Source: the human T2T-CHM13v2.0 reference genome, Homo sapiens
Assembly: GCF_009914755.1 (NCBI RefSeq)
Contig: NC_060930.1
Direction: 5' to 3' (one strand)
DNA length: 64,000 nt
Shown: in pieces, positions 1 through 10,971 of the stretch
How positions within the stretch are numbered: position 1 is the stretch's first letter
Layout: each line of letters opens with the position of its first letter
Translations under genes and position numbers: made by a program
Notes under the pieces: generated by a model
Database searches by the model: none
Told to the model about the DNA's origin: nothing
What the model saw: the letters and a program-made list of their open reading frames with translations, nothing else

Positions 1-536
1 GTTTGGTTATGCCCTGCCCCTAGAGGTGGAGTCTACAGAGGCAGACAGGCTTCTTTGAGCTGCGGTGGGCTCCACCCAGTTTGAGCTTCCTGGCCACTTT
101 ATTTACCTACTCAAGCCTCATCAATGGCGGGCGCCCCTCCCTCAGCCTTGCTGCCACCTTGCAGTTTGATCTCAGACTTCTGTGCTAGCAATGAGCGACA
201 CTCCCTGGGTGTAGGACCCTCTGAGCCAGGCGCGGGATATAATCTCCTGGTGTGCCGTTTGCTAAGACCATTGGAAAAGCGCAGTATTAGGGTGGGAGTG
301 ACCTGATTTTCCAGTTGCCGTCTGTCACCCCTCTCTTTGACTAGGAAAGGGAATTCCCTGACCCCTTGCGCTTCCCTCACCCTGCTTTGGTGCATGCTGG
401 TTGCACTGCGCCCCCTGTCCTGCACCCACTTTCCGACACTCCTCAGTGAGATGAACCCGGTACCTCAGTTGGAAATGCAGAAATCACCCGTCTTCTGCGT
501 CGCTCATGCTGGGAGCTGTAGACTGGAGCTGTTCCT
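1..536 (-). mobile_element. LINE-1 5'UTR (L1PA3-L1PA5-like); element continues left of the window
   Basis: Reverse-complement L1PA 5'UTR ending ...GGGAGCTGTAGACTGGAGCTGTTCCT. The terminal ~25 nt, including the YY1 site, are missing, and there is a ~15 bp deletion near 376 relative to recalled consensus. Confidence 0.93.
124..306 (+). pseudogene. ORF0: L1 ORF0 homologue (antisense 5'UTR ORF), truncated at 60 aa
   Basis: MAGAPPSALLPPCSLISDFCASNERHSLGVGPSEPGAGYNLLVCRLLRPLEKRSIRVGVT closely matches primate L1 ORF0 (MAGAPPPASLPPCSLISDCCASN...IRVGVTRFS...). The Arg CGA codon has become TGA. Confidence 0.85.
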
Positions 537-537
537 C

Positions 538-599
538 TAAAAATGCATTTTTATATGCGTTTTTACATGCATTTATATGCATATAAAAATGCATTTTTA
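538..599. repeat. Perfect 21-bp inverted repeat with 20-nt spacer at the L1 5' junction
   Basis: TAAAAATGCATTTTTATATGC (538-558) is the exact reverse complement of GCATATAAAAATGCATTTTTA (579-599). Confidence 0.9.
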
Positions 600-619
600 A
601 CAAATGCATATTAATTCAG

Positions 620-715
620 TAAGTGAGATGTGAGACCAGAAATTCTAACCTTCAAGAAACTCTCAGGTGATTTTATGCTGCTGGTTTGGGAGGCATAGTT
701 TGAAAACCATGGCTA
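620..715. mobile_element. MER5-like hAT-Charlie DNA transposon fragment
   Basis: CTCTCAGGTGATTTTATGCTGCTGG...AGTTTGAAAACCATGG resembles a MER5A/B terminus. Confidence 0.4.
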
Positions 716-1989
716 GTTGGTAAAAGGATACGAGACAGCCAAAAGCAACAGAAGAGAGATAGAAATTAAACTATCCAAATAGGTTTAGATGAATTTCATA
801 ATTATAATTTCAGACACATATACTTGATAAAAATTTAAATTTTGAATTAGAACAGAAGCAGCCCTTCATGATTCCACATATACCAAAGGAAATCTTAAAA
901 AGAGTTACATAAAGAATGAATAGCATGACTTAAGTCTGGGTTTGCACAGAGGACTATGTTATTTATATAAATACAATAGATTATGAAATACCCTATGCTA
1001 AACTACATGGTAAATTCTGCCATGGTTGCAAATATATTTTCATGTTAAAAATATAGCTTTCATTTACATATATTTTTACATATTATTCAATAATATGTAT
1101 ACTATATAGCTCAATTTCTGCTGAAATAATTCCACACCACAGTATACAAATACAGAAAAAAACTTTCTAGGTCACAACTGACTATCCTATTATTTTAAAT
1201 CAAAGCTCATGAAAGTATTCTTGTACACAATAAAATTTAAATAGCCTACTACCAATGACTGAGAATTAGTAAGCAGAAGGGGTGCCAAGGTCTGGGTCTA
1301 TGGATGTCAGAGAGGCACCCCTGTGACTATTTTGCCTACATTTCACATCTCCCGGGTTGCTTGCTAGTCAAATGAACCCAGTAAGTAGATGAGCACATGA
1401 TCAGATACAATGAATTTTTCAGTCATTGTCAAAACGGTCAAAGAACTACAAAAAAAAAAACAAAAAAAACCTATGTTGTAAGTGAAATCTTAAGTCCATG
1501 TTATTTTTTTTCTGATTTCAAACTACCTGAAAATTCAACTAGTGTTGAAATGCAATTGTTATGGTCTACATTCAGCTTACTACATTTGTAAGAAAGAAAT
1601 CACAAGTAAATGCGTCAATGTAAGGAATTTGTTTTTAGGAATATGTAGAATATGACCTATTAGGGACTGGGATAATTCAACCAATTCAATTAATATTTTG
1701 TCTGGATTATTAAACTGATTTGATGCTATATAAATAAACATATTTACATTTCAAGTACATATTTTTATGTGAGAAATGAATGTAAGACAAAGTGGAGACA
1801 TGCTTAAAGAAGCATTAATATTCAGAAAACTTGTAGGAAATAATGAACAATTACTTCCTCTGGAGAATGAACCTGGGTGATGGAGGGCTAGTAGGAAGAA
1901 TTAATGTTTTTGTGGGTGTTTTTTGCATCTTACTATTAGTGTACATTAATTTATTTGAAATTTTAACGAACTCTAGTACCTTGTCCATC

Positions 1990-2140
1990 AATTAATTTAA
2001 TCAGTATTTTTAAGAGCTAACATTATGAAGAAGAAACTTTGCAGGAGGCAGAAGTGATGGTGAATGACACTGACTTGAGCCCCATCTCATGCAGTTTACA
2101 GCATATCTGGGCAAGCAGACATTAGACACATGTTTATAAG
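1990..2140 (-). mobile_element. L2 3' fragment
   Basis: Degenerate L2 3' end pattern (AGTATTTTTAAGAGCTAAC...GGTGAATGACACTGAC...CTCATGCAGTTTACAG). Confidence 0.45.
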
Positions 2141-2567
2141 TTCAATAGCTAGCACAAATGGGAAGTATAAGTGTGGCCAGTTGGAGTTATTCTCAAGAGT
2201 AAGGTGACATATCTTAGTTTTCAAAAATTGAATTGTGTCTTATGTCATTTTCTTATATACATTGCTCTAAATTCTTTTCTAAAATTATTTTTTGAAATTT
2301 TGCTGTGTTTACAGGAAACCTTACCTATAATGAGCATATTTATTGAACCTCATTTCTATCTTCTCAAACTGGTTTATCCTAAAAATTGAATTTCCTTGAA
2401 TAACCTTGAATCTGAATTACCATATATGAGCAATAATAAGGCACCTTCTAAGACACAACCCCTTAAGTGTTTCAGTCATTTTTATGGTCAGTTCAAGCCT
2501 CAGCACCAAAAATTTAATTGTATATGCAGCAAGCAGTCATTGTTACAATGTGCCTAAGAATGCTTAC

Positions 2568-3355
2568 TGTGATGATTTCTTTTAGGTGTCAACTTGACAG
2601 AATTAAGGAACACGTAGAAGCTTGGGAAAGTATTGTTTTTGGGTGTGTCTTTAAGGTTGTTTCCAAAGATTAGCATGTGAGTCTAAGAGGACTAGGTGAG
2701 GAAGATTTGTCCTCAGTGTGGCTTCTTACTCTTACTTCTTACTTCTTTATTTAGTCACTTATCTTCTCAGCTGTAGAACTGGTAATATGTGCTCATAATA
2801 TGTACTGTAAAGGATTATTTGAAGATCCAGTGGGATCACATTATATAAAGCACTTTCTGGTATCTGACTTCAAATGACAGAAATTGTTACTATTGTACTA
2901 GCTTACAAATGCAATGGGTGGGCACCATCCAATCTTCTGGGAGTTCAGAGAAAACAAAAACAGGAAAAGGCTAATGTGTCCATCCAGCTGCAACTGTGTA
3001 ACGTTCTTCCTCTCCTGTTCTTGGATGAAAACTCCAGTTTCATGGCCTCTGGACTCCAGGACTTAAAGCAGCAGCCTCCTGAGTTCTCAGGCCTTTGGTC
3101 TCAGACTGAGATTTACATCATTCACTTCCCTGGTTCTTAGACCTGGGAGCTTGGACTGAGCCATGCTACCAGCATCCCAGGGCCTTCAGCTTGCAGATGG
3201 CCGTCTCAAGATTTCTCAGTCTCCATAATGACGTGAGCCAATCCCCCTGATAAATTTCCTGTCACCTATCTGTCTATCTGTCCATCTATCTACCCATCTA
3301 TCTATCTATCTTTCTGTCTATCTCCTATTGACTCTCTCTGGAGAATCCTAATACA
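2568..3355 (+). mobile_element. MLT2 (ERVL) solo LTR, MLT2B/C/D-like, interrupted at 2722-2916
   Basis: Starts TGTGATG...GTGTCAACTTGAC, has the (TCTA)n tract near 3270-3320, and ends GAGAATCCTAATACA. Confidence 0.88.
2722..2916 (+). repeat. Local duplicate of 3484-3663 inserted inside the MLT2 LTR
   Basis: Shares a 28-nt exact block AAAGGATTATTTGAAGATCCAGTGGGAT, ~85% identity by eye over ~175 bp. MLT2 resumes at GTGGGCACCATCCAATC. Confidence 0.88.
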
Positions 3356-3479
3356 CTCTCTAATAATATCATATACTAGATTAACCATATGTTCTGTTCT
3401 GAAACACATTAAAATAAAGTACAAACATGGAGAAAGGGAATGGCCTCGGATAAGACATTCTTCAACATTAATACCAACT

Positions 3480-3665
3480 CTGTCTCTTATTTACTCAGTT
3501 ACTTATTTTCTCCACTGTAAAATTGGTAAATACGTGCTGATAATAAGTGCTGCAAAGGATTATTTGAAGATCCAGTGGGATAACATTATATAAAGCACCT
3601 TCTGGTAGCTGACTTCAAATGACAGAAACCACTACTATTGTGCTAGATTACATATGGCAATGGCT
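3480..3665 (+). mobile_element. MIR-like fragment plus flank (donor of the 2722-2916 insert)
   Basis: CTCAGTT...CTGTAAAATTGG...AAGGATTATTTGAAGAT...TATAAAGCAC follows the MIR core order. Confidence 0.5.
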
Positions 3666-3917
3666 ACCTGAAATCTTTTTTTCAATTCTCTTGTGCATTT
3701 GACACTCCTCATGTTTTTGATAGGTTTTATTAAATAACAAGAAGATAGGTGAACAAAATTACTTTCAAAAAATTTACTACTACTATTAGTCCCTACAGCC
3801 AATGGTACTCTAATTCATCATAGCCTAAAATACAGACTCAGAAGAAGCCACAGAGTAAACCCATGGTATTCCGCCACCACAGTTTCAGTCATCCTTCATC
3901 TTGCTAGAATGTCAGCT

Positions 3918-4324
3918 TGTGTTAGTCTGCTTGCATAACCATAAAGAAATATCTGAGGCTGAGTAACTTACAAAGACAAGCGGATTATTTGGCTTACGGT
4001 TCTGCAGGGTGTACAAGAAGCATGGCACCAACATCTGCTTCTGGTAAGGGCCTCAGGAAGCTATAAGTCACGGCAGAAGGGAAAGGGGGAACAGGTGTGT
4101 CACATGGTGAAGCAGTGAGCAAGAGAGGATGGGTGTTATGCTCTTTTAAACAACCAGCCCTCCTGTAAACTCATATAGTGAGAACTTACTCATTACCTCA
4201 AGGAAGGGAGCAAGCTATTCATGAAGGATCCACTTCCCACTAGGCCCCACCAGGCCCCACCTCCAACATTGCGAATAAAATTTCAACATGAGATTTGAAG
4301 AAGACAAATATCTAAAGTGTATCA
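3918..4324 (-). mobile_element. MSTB-like MaLR solo LTR
   Basis: TGTGTTAGTC...CATGAGATTTG...GTATCA with a perfect 5-bp TSD CAGCT (3913-3917 and 4325-4329). Confidence 0.9.
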
Positions 4325-4339
4325 CAGCTTGATTAAGAA

Positions 4340-4480
4340 ATAGCACAAGACTGCAAGATCTGAGTTTTAGTTTTTATTTGTCCATAGCTTGCATAATCAT
4401 GTGTAAGAACTTGACTGCCATAACTTTTGGCTTATCCGTGTGTAAAATGTAATGGACCTATGTTGGCATTAATAACTGCA
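4340..4480 (+). mobile_element. MIR-like fragment (contains donor of the 5391-5457 insert)
   Basis: AAGATCTGAGTTTTAG...TGTGTAAAATG degenerate MIR pattern. Confidence 0.4.
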
Positions 4481-4944
4481 TGTTTTGGGGACTAAATTAT
4501 GTTTTTCTTCTCCATATATACTCAATTCATTTCCTTTTGGTTCCCTGAATGTGTACATTATCTTATTGTTCTGAGAAAAAGCTGCTAATTAGAAAGGATA
4601 TTTTTTAGCATTGTTATTTTTTAGAGAAGGGTACATTATGTAAACAAGTTTGGTGACACATATTTACTTTATAGGCCTCACATCATACTTACAACAGGTA
4701 GGGTTACATAAAAGTAGTATTATATATTATAATATCTTGTGCAGATGGCCCTCTAGTGACTACACTGATCTTATCTAGTGTAAGTTCGTGTAACTCTACA
4801 GTACTTATAGCAGAATGAATCAGTGTTTCCATGTGGCTACAGAATGTTTTTCAGGCTCATTTATAATATTTAGTAACAATAAAATGAATGCATTATTAAT
4901 ACAGATAGGCCTTTAAATGGACTTGGAGAATAATTGCTAAGAGT

Positions 4945-5506
4945 GCGGAATGAGGTGGGGAAAATTAGCTGCCCACCAAAAATGTATGACCTCCTTCAGT
5001 AGTTGGGAATTTATTTTTAAGAAGTGACTGCCCAGTAATGGACTACACTTGCCCATCATTCTTGCATCTCAGTGGGGTCTCATGACTAATTCGTATCTGT
5101 AAAACATGGGACAAATTTATGTGGGTCACTTTTCTGCCAAGGTGGCTTGAAGTAGGAATACTTTTATATTTTTTTCTCTCTTTACCCACTGACTCTCCAT
5201 CCAGGGCAACTTGCTGTCTCTCTCCACCAGCTGAATAATCACCCAGGAAGATATGTGTTGGCAATGGCACAACCCTCATCATCCTGGTTCCCTAAATGAC
5301 TGTGAAGTAGAACCCTATACTTCAACAGCCAAGAGCATCTGCATAGGACTATACATCAATGAAAAAATAAACATTCATTGTCTTAGGGTACTGAGTTTCA
5401 GTTTTTATTTGCCCATAGCTTGTATAATCATGGACAAGAACTTGACTGCCCTAGCTTATTTGGGAGCTGGTTTGTTAAAACAGCAAGCATTACCCTACCT
5501 AACATA
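4945..5506 (+). mobile_element. MLT1 (MLT1I/J-like) MaLR LTR
   Basis: TGCCCAG..GGACTACACTTGCCCA..CTTGCATCT..CATGACTAA motif; 3' end AATAAACATTCATTG..CTGAG|ATTTGGG..TTTGTTA..CAGCAAGCATTACCCTA. Confidence 0.7.
5391..5457 (+). repeat. 67-bp local duplicate of 4360-4426 inserted in the MLT1 3' end
   Basis: 59/67 identical, ungapped, to 4360-4426. Confidence 0.88.
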
Positions 5507-5627
5507 GAAGAGATACATCTGACTCAAGGAGCTAGAGAAGGGAGAGACTATTTCACAAATCAGAGAATAATCTAAGTGTGTAAAGAATACGGGAAACTTG
5601 AGCTTTGGCCTTAAAACAGTTAAATCA

Positions 5628-5925
5628 AGCTGGGTACAGTGGATCATGCCTGTAATTCCAACCATTTGGAAGGCTGATGTGGGAAGATTGCTTGAGCCCA
5701 GGAGTTCAAAGCCAGCCTGGGCAACATAGGGAGACCCTGTTTCTATGAAAAAAGAAAAATTTAGTCTGATATTTTGGTGCATGCCTGTGGTCCCAGCTAC
5801 TGGGTAGGTTGAATCACTTGAGTGCAGGAGTTTGAGGCTGCAGTGAGCCATGATTGTGCCACTGCCCTCCAGACTGGGTGGCACAGCGAGACCTTGTCTT
5901 AAAAAGTAAATAAATAAATAATAAA
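5628..5925 (+). mobile_element. AluJ
   Basis: Dimeric Alu with J-type GATTGCTTGAGCCCAGGAGTTC, A-rich tail and degenerate TSD AAAACA..AT(A)TCAA. Confidence 0.92.
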
Positions 5926-6129
5926 ACATTATATATCAACTCATACAAGCAAACCCAAAATGAACCAGTTGTCTTGGGTATAAATTTTTAAAAATGAGAG
6001 TTACTAAGGAATTTCCCTAAATATTTATTTCCTAAAGCTAAATATATCGATGTATATTAAGCATTAACTTTAAATATTAGTATTACCCTTAAAAATCATA
6101 GTGATAATTTGCTGCTAGCAAAATAATAC

Positions 6130-6283
6130 TTTTTTTTCTTTTTACTGAAGAGAGAAAGAGAGAGAGAAAGAGGAGTCTTGCTGTATTGCCCAGGCTGGTC
6201 TCAAATTCCTGGGTTCAAGCGATTGGCCCATGTCGGCCTCCCAAAGTGCTGGGATTACAGGTGTGAGCCACCATGCTTGACCA
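6130..6283 (-). mobile_element. FLAM_C / Alu left monomer
   Basis: GTCTTGCTGTATTGCCCAGGCTGGTCTC...GTGAGCCACCATGCTTGACC, flanked by AAAATAAT direct repeats. Confidence 0.85.
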
Positions 6284-6936
6284 GTAAAATAATGTTTACA
6301 TGATGATATAATACATTTGTTCTTATAGCTATAAACCTAAAAAGTGTGCTGGCTGTTAGTAGTATCATTTTCTAACATATCTAGAATTATGCTAAGAAAT
6401 GCTTAAGATAAATAACTATTTCACTTTTCACTAAAAGGGAGTCAACATTTATTCCCTGGTTTCAGAGGAACTACTACCTTTCAATACAATAGCTCTTATA
6501 AAGAATTATTTTTCTATCACCAAATTATATTCATGCTGTTAACTTATGTTTTATGGGAGAAATATTCATCCCCCAGCACAGAAAGAATGTGGGATAGATT
6601 GACTCTTCAGAGGAAGATGGGTCTCATTAGTAGGTTAGTTAACCCCAAATGTTCAAAAAGCATGTGATACAGAGTAAGACAGCAAATACACAGTCACACA
6701 AGGTTTATGCTTGTGTGGCAGTTTGACCAGATTTTCTTTCCTTGATCTCTTTGTTTTGCCCCTCCACCATTTTCCCATACCACTATTTGACAGGAATAAA
6801 AAAAAAAAGGATAAGTATGTCAGTAAGTACATTTTGTTACTTCTTAAACTTGAGAAAGATCAGAAAAGAGACAGAATTTTTTTTTATCAGAATGCAGAAA
6901 AAGAGTCTATGAAGGCTCTGAGATTTTTATCTTCTT

Positions 6937-7410
6937 TGTAAGCTAACAAGCCAGCCTGTCACAGTTTCATAAATGCCTGCAGAAAATACAAGATGCTTGG
7001 GTCAGGAGCAAAGAAGCTTATTAGACATTAACAGTAGCCACATTATCAGCATTTATCATTCTTCTTCCTCAGTCCTAATTTCCACAGAGATATGAAGAGG
7101 ATAAGATACCACTGGCACATACAATGGACTGCGTTACAGGAGAGGAACCCTGAGCTTAGGGAACCTGAATCTTTTCTGATGAATGGCTAGCATGCCAACA
7201 TTTTGCTGTGGAGGGTAGCACTGTCTCTATCTCCCAAGGCTACAAGCAAGCCTCTCTTGGTTCTGGACAAAAACACCATTTCTGTCTTCCAAGGCTATTT
7301 ACCATACAGACATCCTTGAAATGAAAATAGTTCAAAATAAAAGAGGACAAACAGGGTCTCACTCACAAGATGTGCAGAAATGCAAAAAGACACATGGGAG
7401 CGAAAGTTAT
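6937..7410 (-). mobile_element. Old ERV solo LTR (ERVL-class, LTR40-like; name tentative)
   Basis: TGTAAGCTAAC..AGCCTG.CACAGTTTCAT...GCGTTACAGGAGAGGAACCCTGAGCTTAGGGAACCTGAATC is a recognisable LTR motif. Confidence 0.6.
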
Positions 7411-7429
7411 TTCTCTTTGTCTTTCTTTT

Positions 7430-7630
7430 GGTGTATGTGTTCGTATGTGCATATTTTATTATATATTATCAATTGTGCATGTATATATTTATATGTAACT
7501 ATATATTTATATTTTAATATATTAGGTATATTTATAATTTATATTTAATATAATATATTAATATATGCTTATATCCTATTTTATATTTATTATGTATTTA
7601 TGTTCTACATTAAATATATATTTAAGGTAA
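7430..7630. repeat. AT-rich low-complexity (TA)n-like tract
   Basis: Degenerate TATAT repeats. Confidence 0.75.
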
Positions 7631-7694
7631 ATATTTGGTTGGTAAATAGCTAATTCATTCAACAAAAAAGTAAGTACTCATTAATTCCTATTAA

Positions 7695-7865
7695 AAATAG
7701 TCTCACTGTGCCTTAGCTCCCTCACTTCTCATACTAAGACAATAAGAGTATTCACTAATTGAATTATTATGAAGTTTAAATGAGACAGTGCAGGTAAAGC
7801 ACAACAAATTGTAGTTGGTTTACATGTCAGTCCAAAACATGTTAGTACATTATTCTATTATTATG
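7695..7865 (+). mobile_element. MIR
   Basis: CTGTGCCTTAG.TCCCTCA...TTTAAATGAGA...GTAAAGCAC...CATGTTAG..ATTATT core and tail. Confidence 0.65.
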
Positions 7866-8668
7866 CTAATGTTTATATTTTATTATGTAACTACTTATTT
7901 TACTAGACAATTATTAATAGTTCATTTATAATTACTATCACACATGTCTACTTAGATAGATACATATAAATTGCCTTGTTACATATAAAATACTTTTTGC
8001 ATTACAAATATATTATACCTACAATTCAATTCATCTTCTAAAGAACTTAACTAGAATGCTCTTCTTCAGAATGTAGAAAGGTCTGTTTATTTTATTACTA
8101 TTAATTGAAGTAAACTAAAGTTGAAGTGTGGAATCAAGTTAAAACAAAAGAAAGATACTAGCATGGGATAATAATTCCCTCCTATTTTGTTGATAGAATA
8201 CTTTAATAAACTGAGATCCACCAAAGTATGGAAAAGGAAACAGATGCACGATATGGAAAAGAAAGGACTTTTATTAAAGGCAATATGATTTTTCCTTCAA
8301 AGAGTATTCATGTAGAGCCTGTTCAAAGGGAGTAAAATCCATTTCCCTGCAAAAGAATACATCAGAGGATGGATCCTTTTTTATATATACTTGCATTTAC
8401 CAAGAATTTCCTTTCTAATAGGAGGACTAAGTCCTGCTGCCAAACATATGCTGCTATAAGTGGCATTTTGCCAGTTTCTCAGTGGCTTTGATCATCTTTC
8501 ATTTCTCAAGGAATGAAAACTTAGTGGGAAAGGGAAGCTCAGGTAATAGTGAAATTAGTACTATTAGTACTATGTGTATAGGGTTGGGGTTGTGGGTGGG
8601 AGTAATTTACACATGGAGACAGCAGGACAGTAAAACCTATAGAATTTATTCTTTCTTTAAAAATTGAC

Positions 8669-10970
8669 ATGGGTTTTCCTGGGCAAGACAGCCGAATAGG
8701 AACAGCTCCTATCTGCAGCTCCCAGCAAGACCAATGCAGAAGGCGGGTGATTTCTTCATTTCCAACTGAGGTACCTGGTTCATCTCACTGGGACTGGTTA
8801 GACAGTGGGTGCAGCCCACAGAGGGCAAGCAGAAGTAGGGTGGGGCTTCACCTCACCTGAGAAGCACAAGGGGTCAGGGAACTCCCTTCCCTAGCCAAGG
8901 GAAGCCATGAGGGACCATGCCGTGAGGGACGGTGCCATCTAGCCCAGATACTATACTTTTCCCATGGCCTTTGCAACCCACAGACCAGGAGATTCCCTCG
9001 GGTGCCTATACCACAAGGGCCCTGGGTTTCAAGCACAAAACTGGGCAGCCATTTGGGCAGACACCGAGGTAGCTGCAGGAGTTTTTTTTCAAACCCCAGT
9101 GGCACCTGGAACACTAGCAAGATAGAACTGTTCACTCCCCTGGAAAGGGGGCTAAAGCCAGGGAGCCGAGTGGTCTTGCTCAGCCTCACAGTGTAAACAA
9201 AGCTGCCGGGAAGTTCAGACTGGGTAGAGCTCACTGCAGCACCACACAGCCACTGTAGCCAGACTGCCTCTCTAGATTCCTCCTCTCTGGGCAGGACATC
9301 TTTGAAAGAAAGGCAGCAGCCCCAGTCAGGGGCTTATAGATAAAACTGCCATCTCCCTGGGACAGAGCACCTGGGTGAAGGGGCAGCTGTGGGTGCAACT
9401 TCAGTAGACTTAAAACGTTTCTGCCTGCCAGCTCTGAAGAGAGCAGCAGATCTCCCAGCACAGCACTTGAGCTCTGCTAAAGGACAGACTGCCTCCTCAA
9501 GTGGGTCCCTGACCCCCATACCTCCTGACTGGGAGACACCTCCCAGCAGGGGTCAACAGACACCTCATACAGGAGAGCTCCAGATGGCATCCGGCAGGTG
9601 CCCCTCTAGGACAAAGTTTCCAAAGGAAGGAGCAGGCAGTAATCTTTGTTGTTCTGCAGCCTCTGCTGGTAATACCAAGGCAAAAAGGGTCTGGAGTGGA
9701 CCCCCAGCAAACTCCAGCAGACCTGAAGAAGAGAGTCCTGACTGTTAGAAGGAAAACTAAAAAACCAAAAGCAATAGCATCAACATCAACAAAAAGGACA
9801 TCCACAGAGAAACCCCATCCGAAGGTCACCAACATCAAAGACCAAAGGTAGATAAATCCATGAAGATGAAGAAAAACCAGTGCAAAAATGCTGAAAATTC
9901 CAAAAAACAGAATGCCTTTTCTCCTCTCAAGGATCACAACTCCTCACCAGCAAGGGAACAAAACTAGACAGAGAATGAGTTTGATGGATTGACAGAAGTA
10001 GGCTTAGAAAGTGGGTAATAATAAACTTCTCTGAGCTAAAGGAGCACGTTCTAACTCAATTCAAGGAAGCTAAGAACTTTGAAAAAAGGTTACAGGAATT
10101 GCTAACTAGACCCAATGCAAGGAAGCTAAGAACCTTGAAAAAAGGTTAGAGGAATTGCTAACTAGAATAACCATTTTAGAGAAGAACATAAATGACCCGA
10201 TGGAGCTGAAATATGCAGCACAAGAACTTCGTGAAGCATACAAAAGTATCAATAGCCAAACTCATGAAGTGGAAGAAAGGATATCAGAAATTGAAGATCA
10301 ACTTAATGAAATAAAGCGTGAGGACAAGATTAGAGAAAAAAGAATGAAAAGGAACAAACAAAGCCTCCAAGAAATATCAAACTATGTGAAAAGACCAAAC
10401 CTACATTTGATTGATGTACCTGAAAGTCACGGGGAGAATGGAAGGAAGTTGGAAAACACACTTCAGGATATTATGCAGGAGAACTTCCCCAAACTAGCAA
10501 GACAGGCCAACATTTAAATTCAGGAAATACAGAGAGCACCATAAGGGTACTCCTTGAGAAGAGCAACCCTAAGACACATATAATCGTCAGATTCACCAAG
10601 GTTAAAATGAAGGAAAAAAATGCTAAGGGCAGCCAGAGAGAAAGGTGGGGTTACCCACAAAGGGAAGCCCATCAGACTAACAGCAGATCTCTCGGCAGAA
10701 ACTCTACAAACCAGAATAGAGTAGGGACGAATATTCAACATTCTTAAAGAAAAGAATTTTCAACCCAGAATTTCATATCCAGCCAAACTAAGCTTCATAA
10801 TTGAAGGAAAAATATGATCCTTTACAGACAAGCAAATGCTGAGGGATTTGGTAACACCAAGCCTGCCTTAGAAGAGCTCCTGAAGGAAGCACTAAATATG
10901 GAAAGGAAAAACTGGTACCAGGCACTGCAAAAACAAAACAAAACAAAATGTAAAGACCATTGAAACATTG
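8669..10970 (+). mobile_element. L1PA7/L1PA8-like element: 5'UTR + ORF1 only, 3' part missing
   Basis: 5' end GGCAAGACAGCCGAATAGGAACAGCTCC preceded by a TT/AAAA endonuclease-type site. ORF1 is present; the sequence stops ~15 nt past the ORF1 stop. Confidence 0.92.
9866..10953 (+). pseudogene. L1 ORF1p remnant (frameshifted, with stops)
   Basis: ORF 10155-10517 (LTRITILEKNINDPMELKY..EERISEIEDQLNEIKREDKIREKRMKRN..YVKRPNL..LENTLQDIMQENFPKLARQANI) is the ORF1p coiled-coil/RRM region. Confidence 0.9.
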
Positions 10971-10971
10971 T

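Noticed and set aside
5495-5929. Alu-derived ORFs (also 12252-12467, 15968-16300, 18976-19443, 37868-38134, 56142-56441)
   Set aside because: They are typical antisense-Alu translations (SAHCNL.LPGSS.SPASAS) with no evidence of exonisation.
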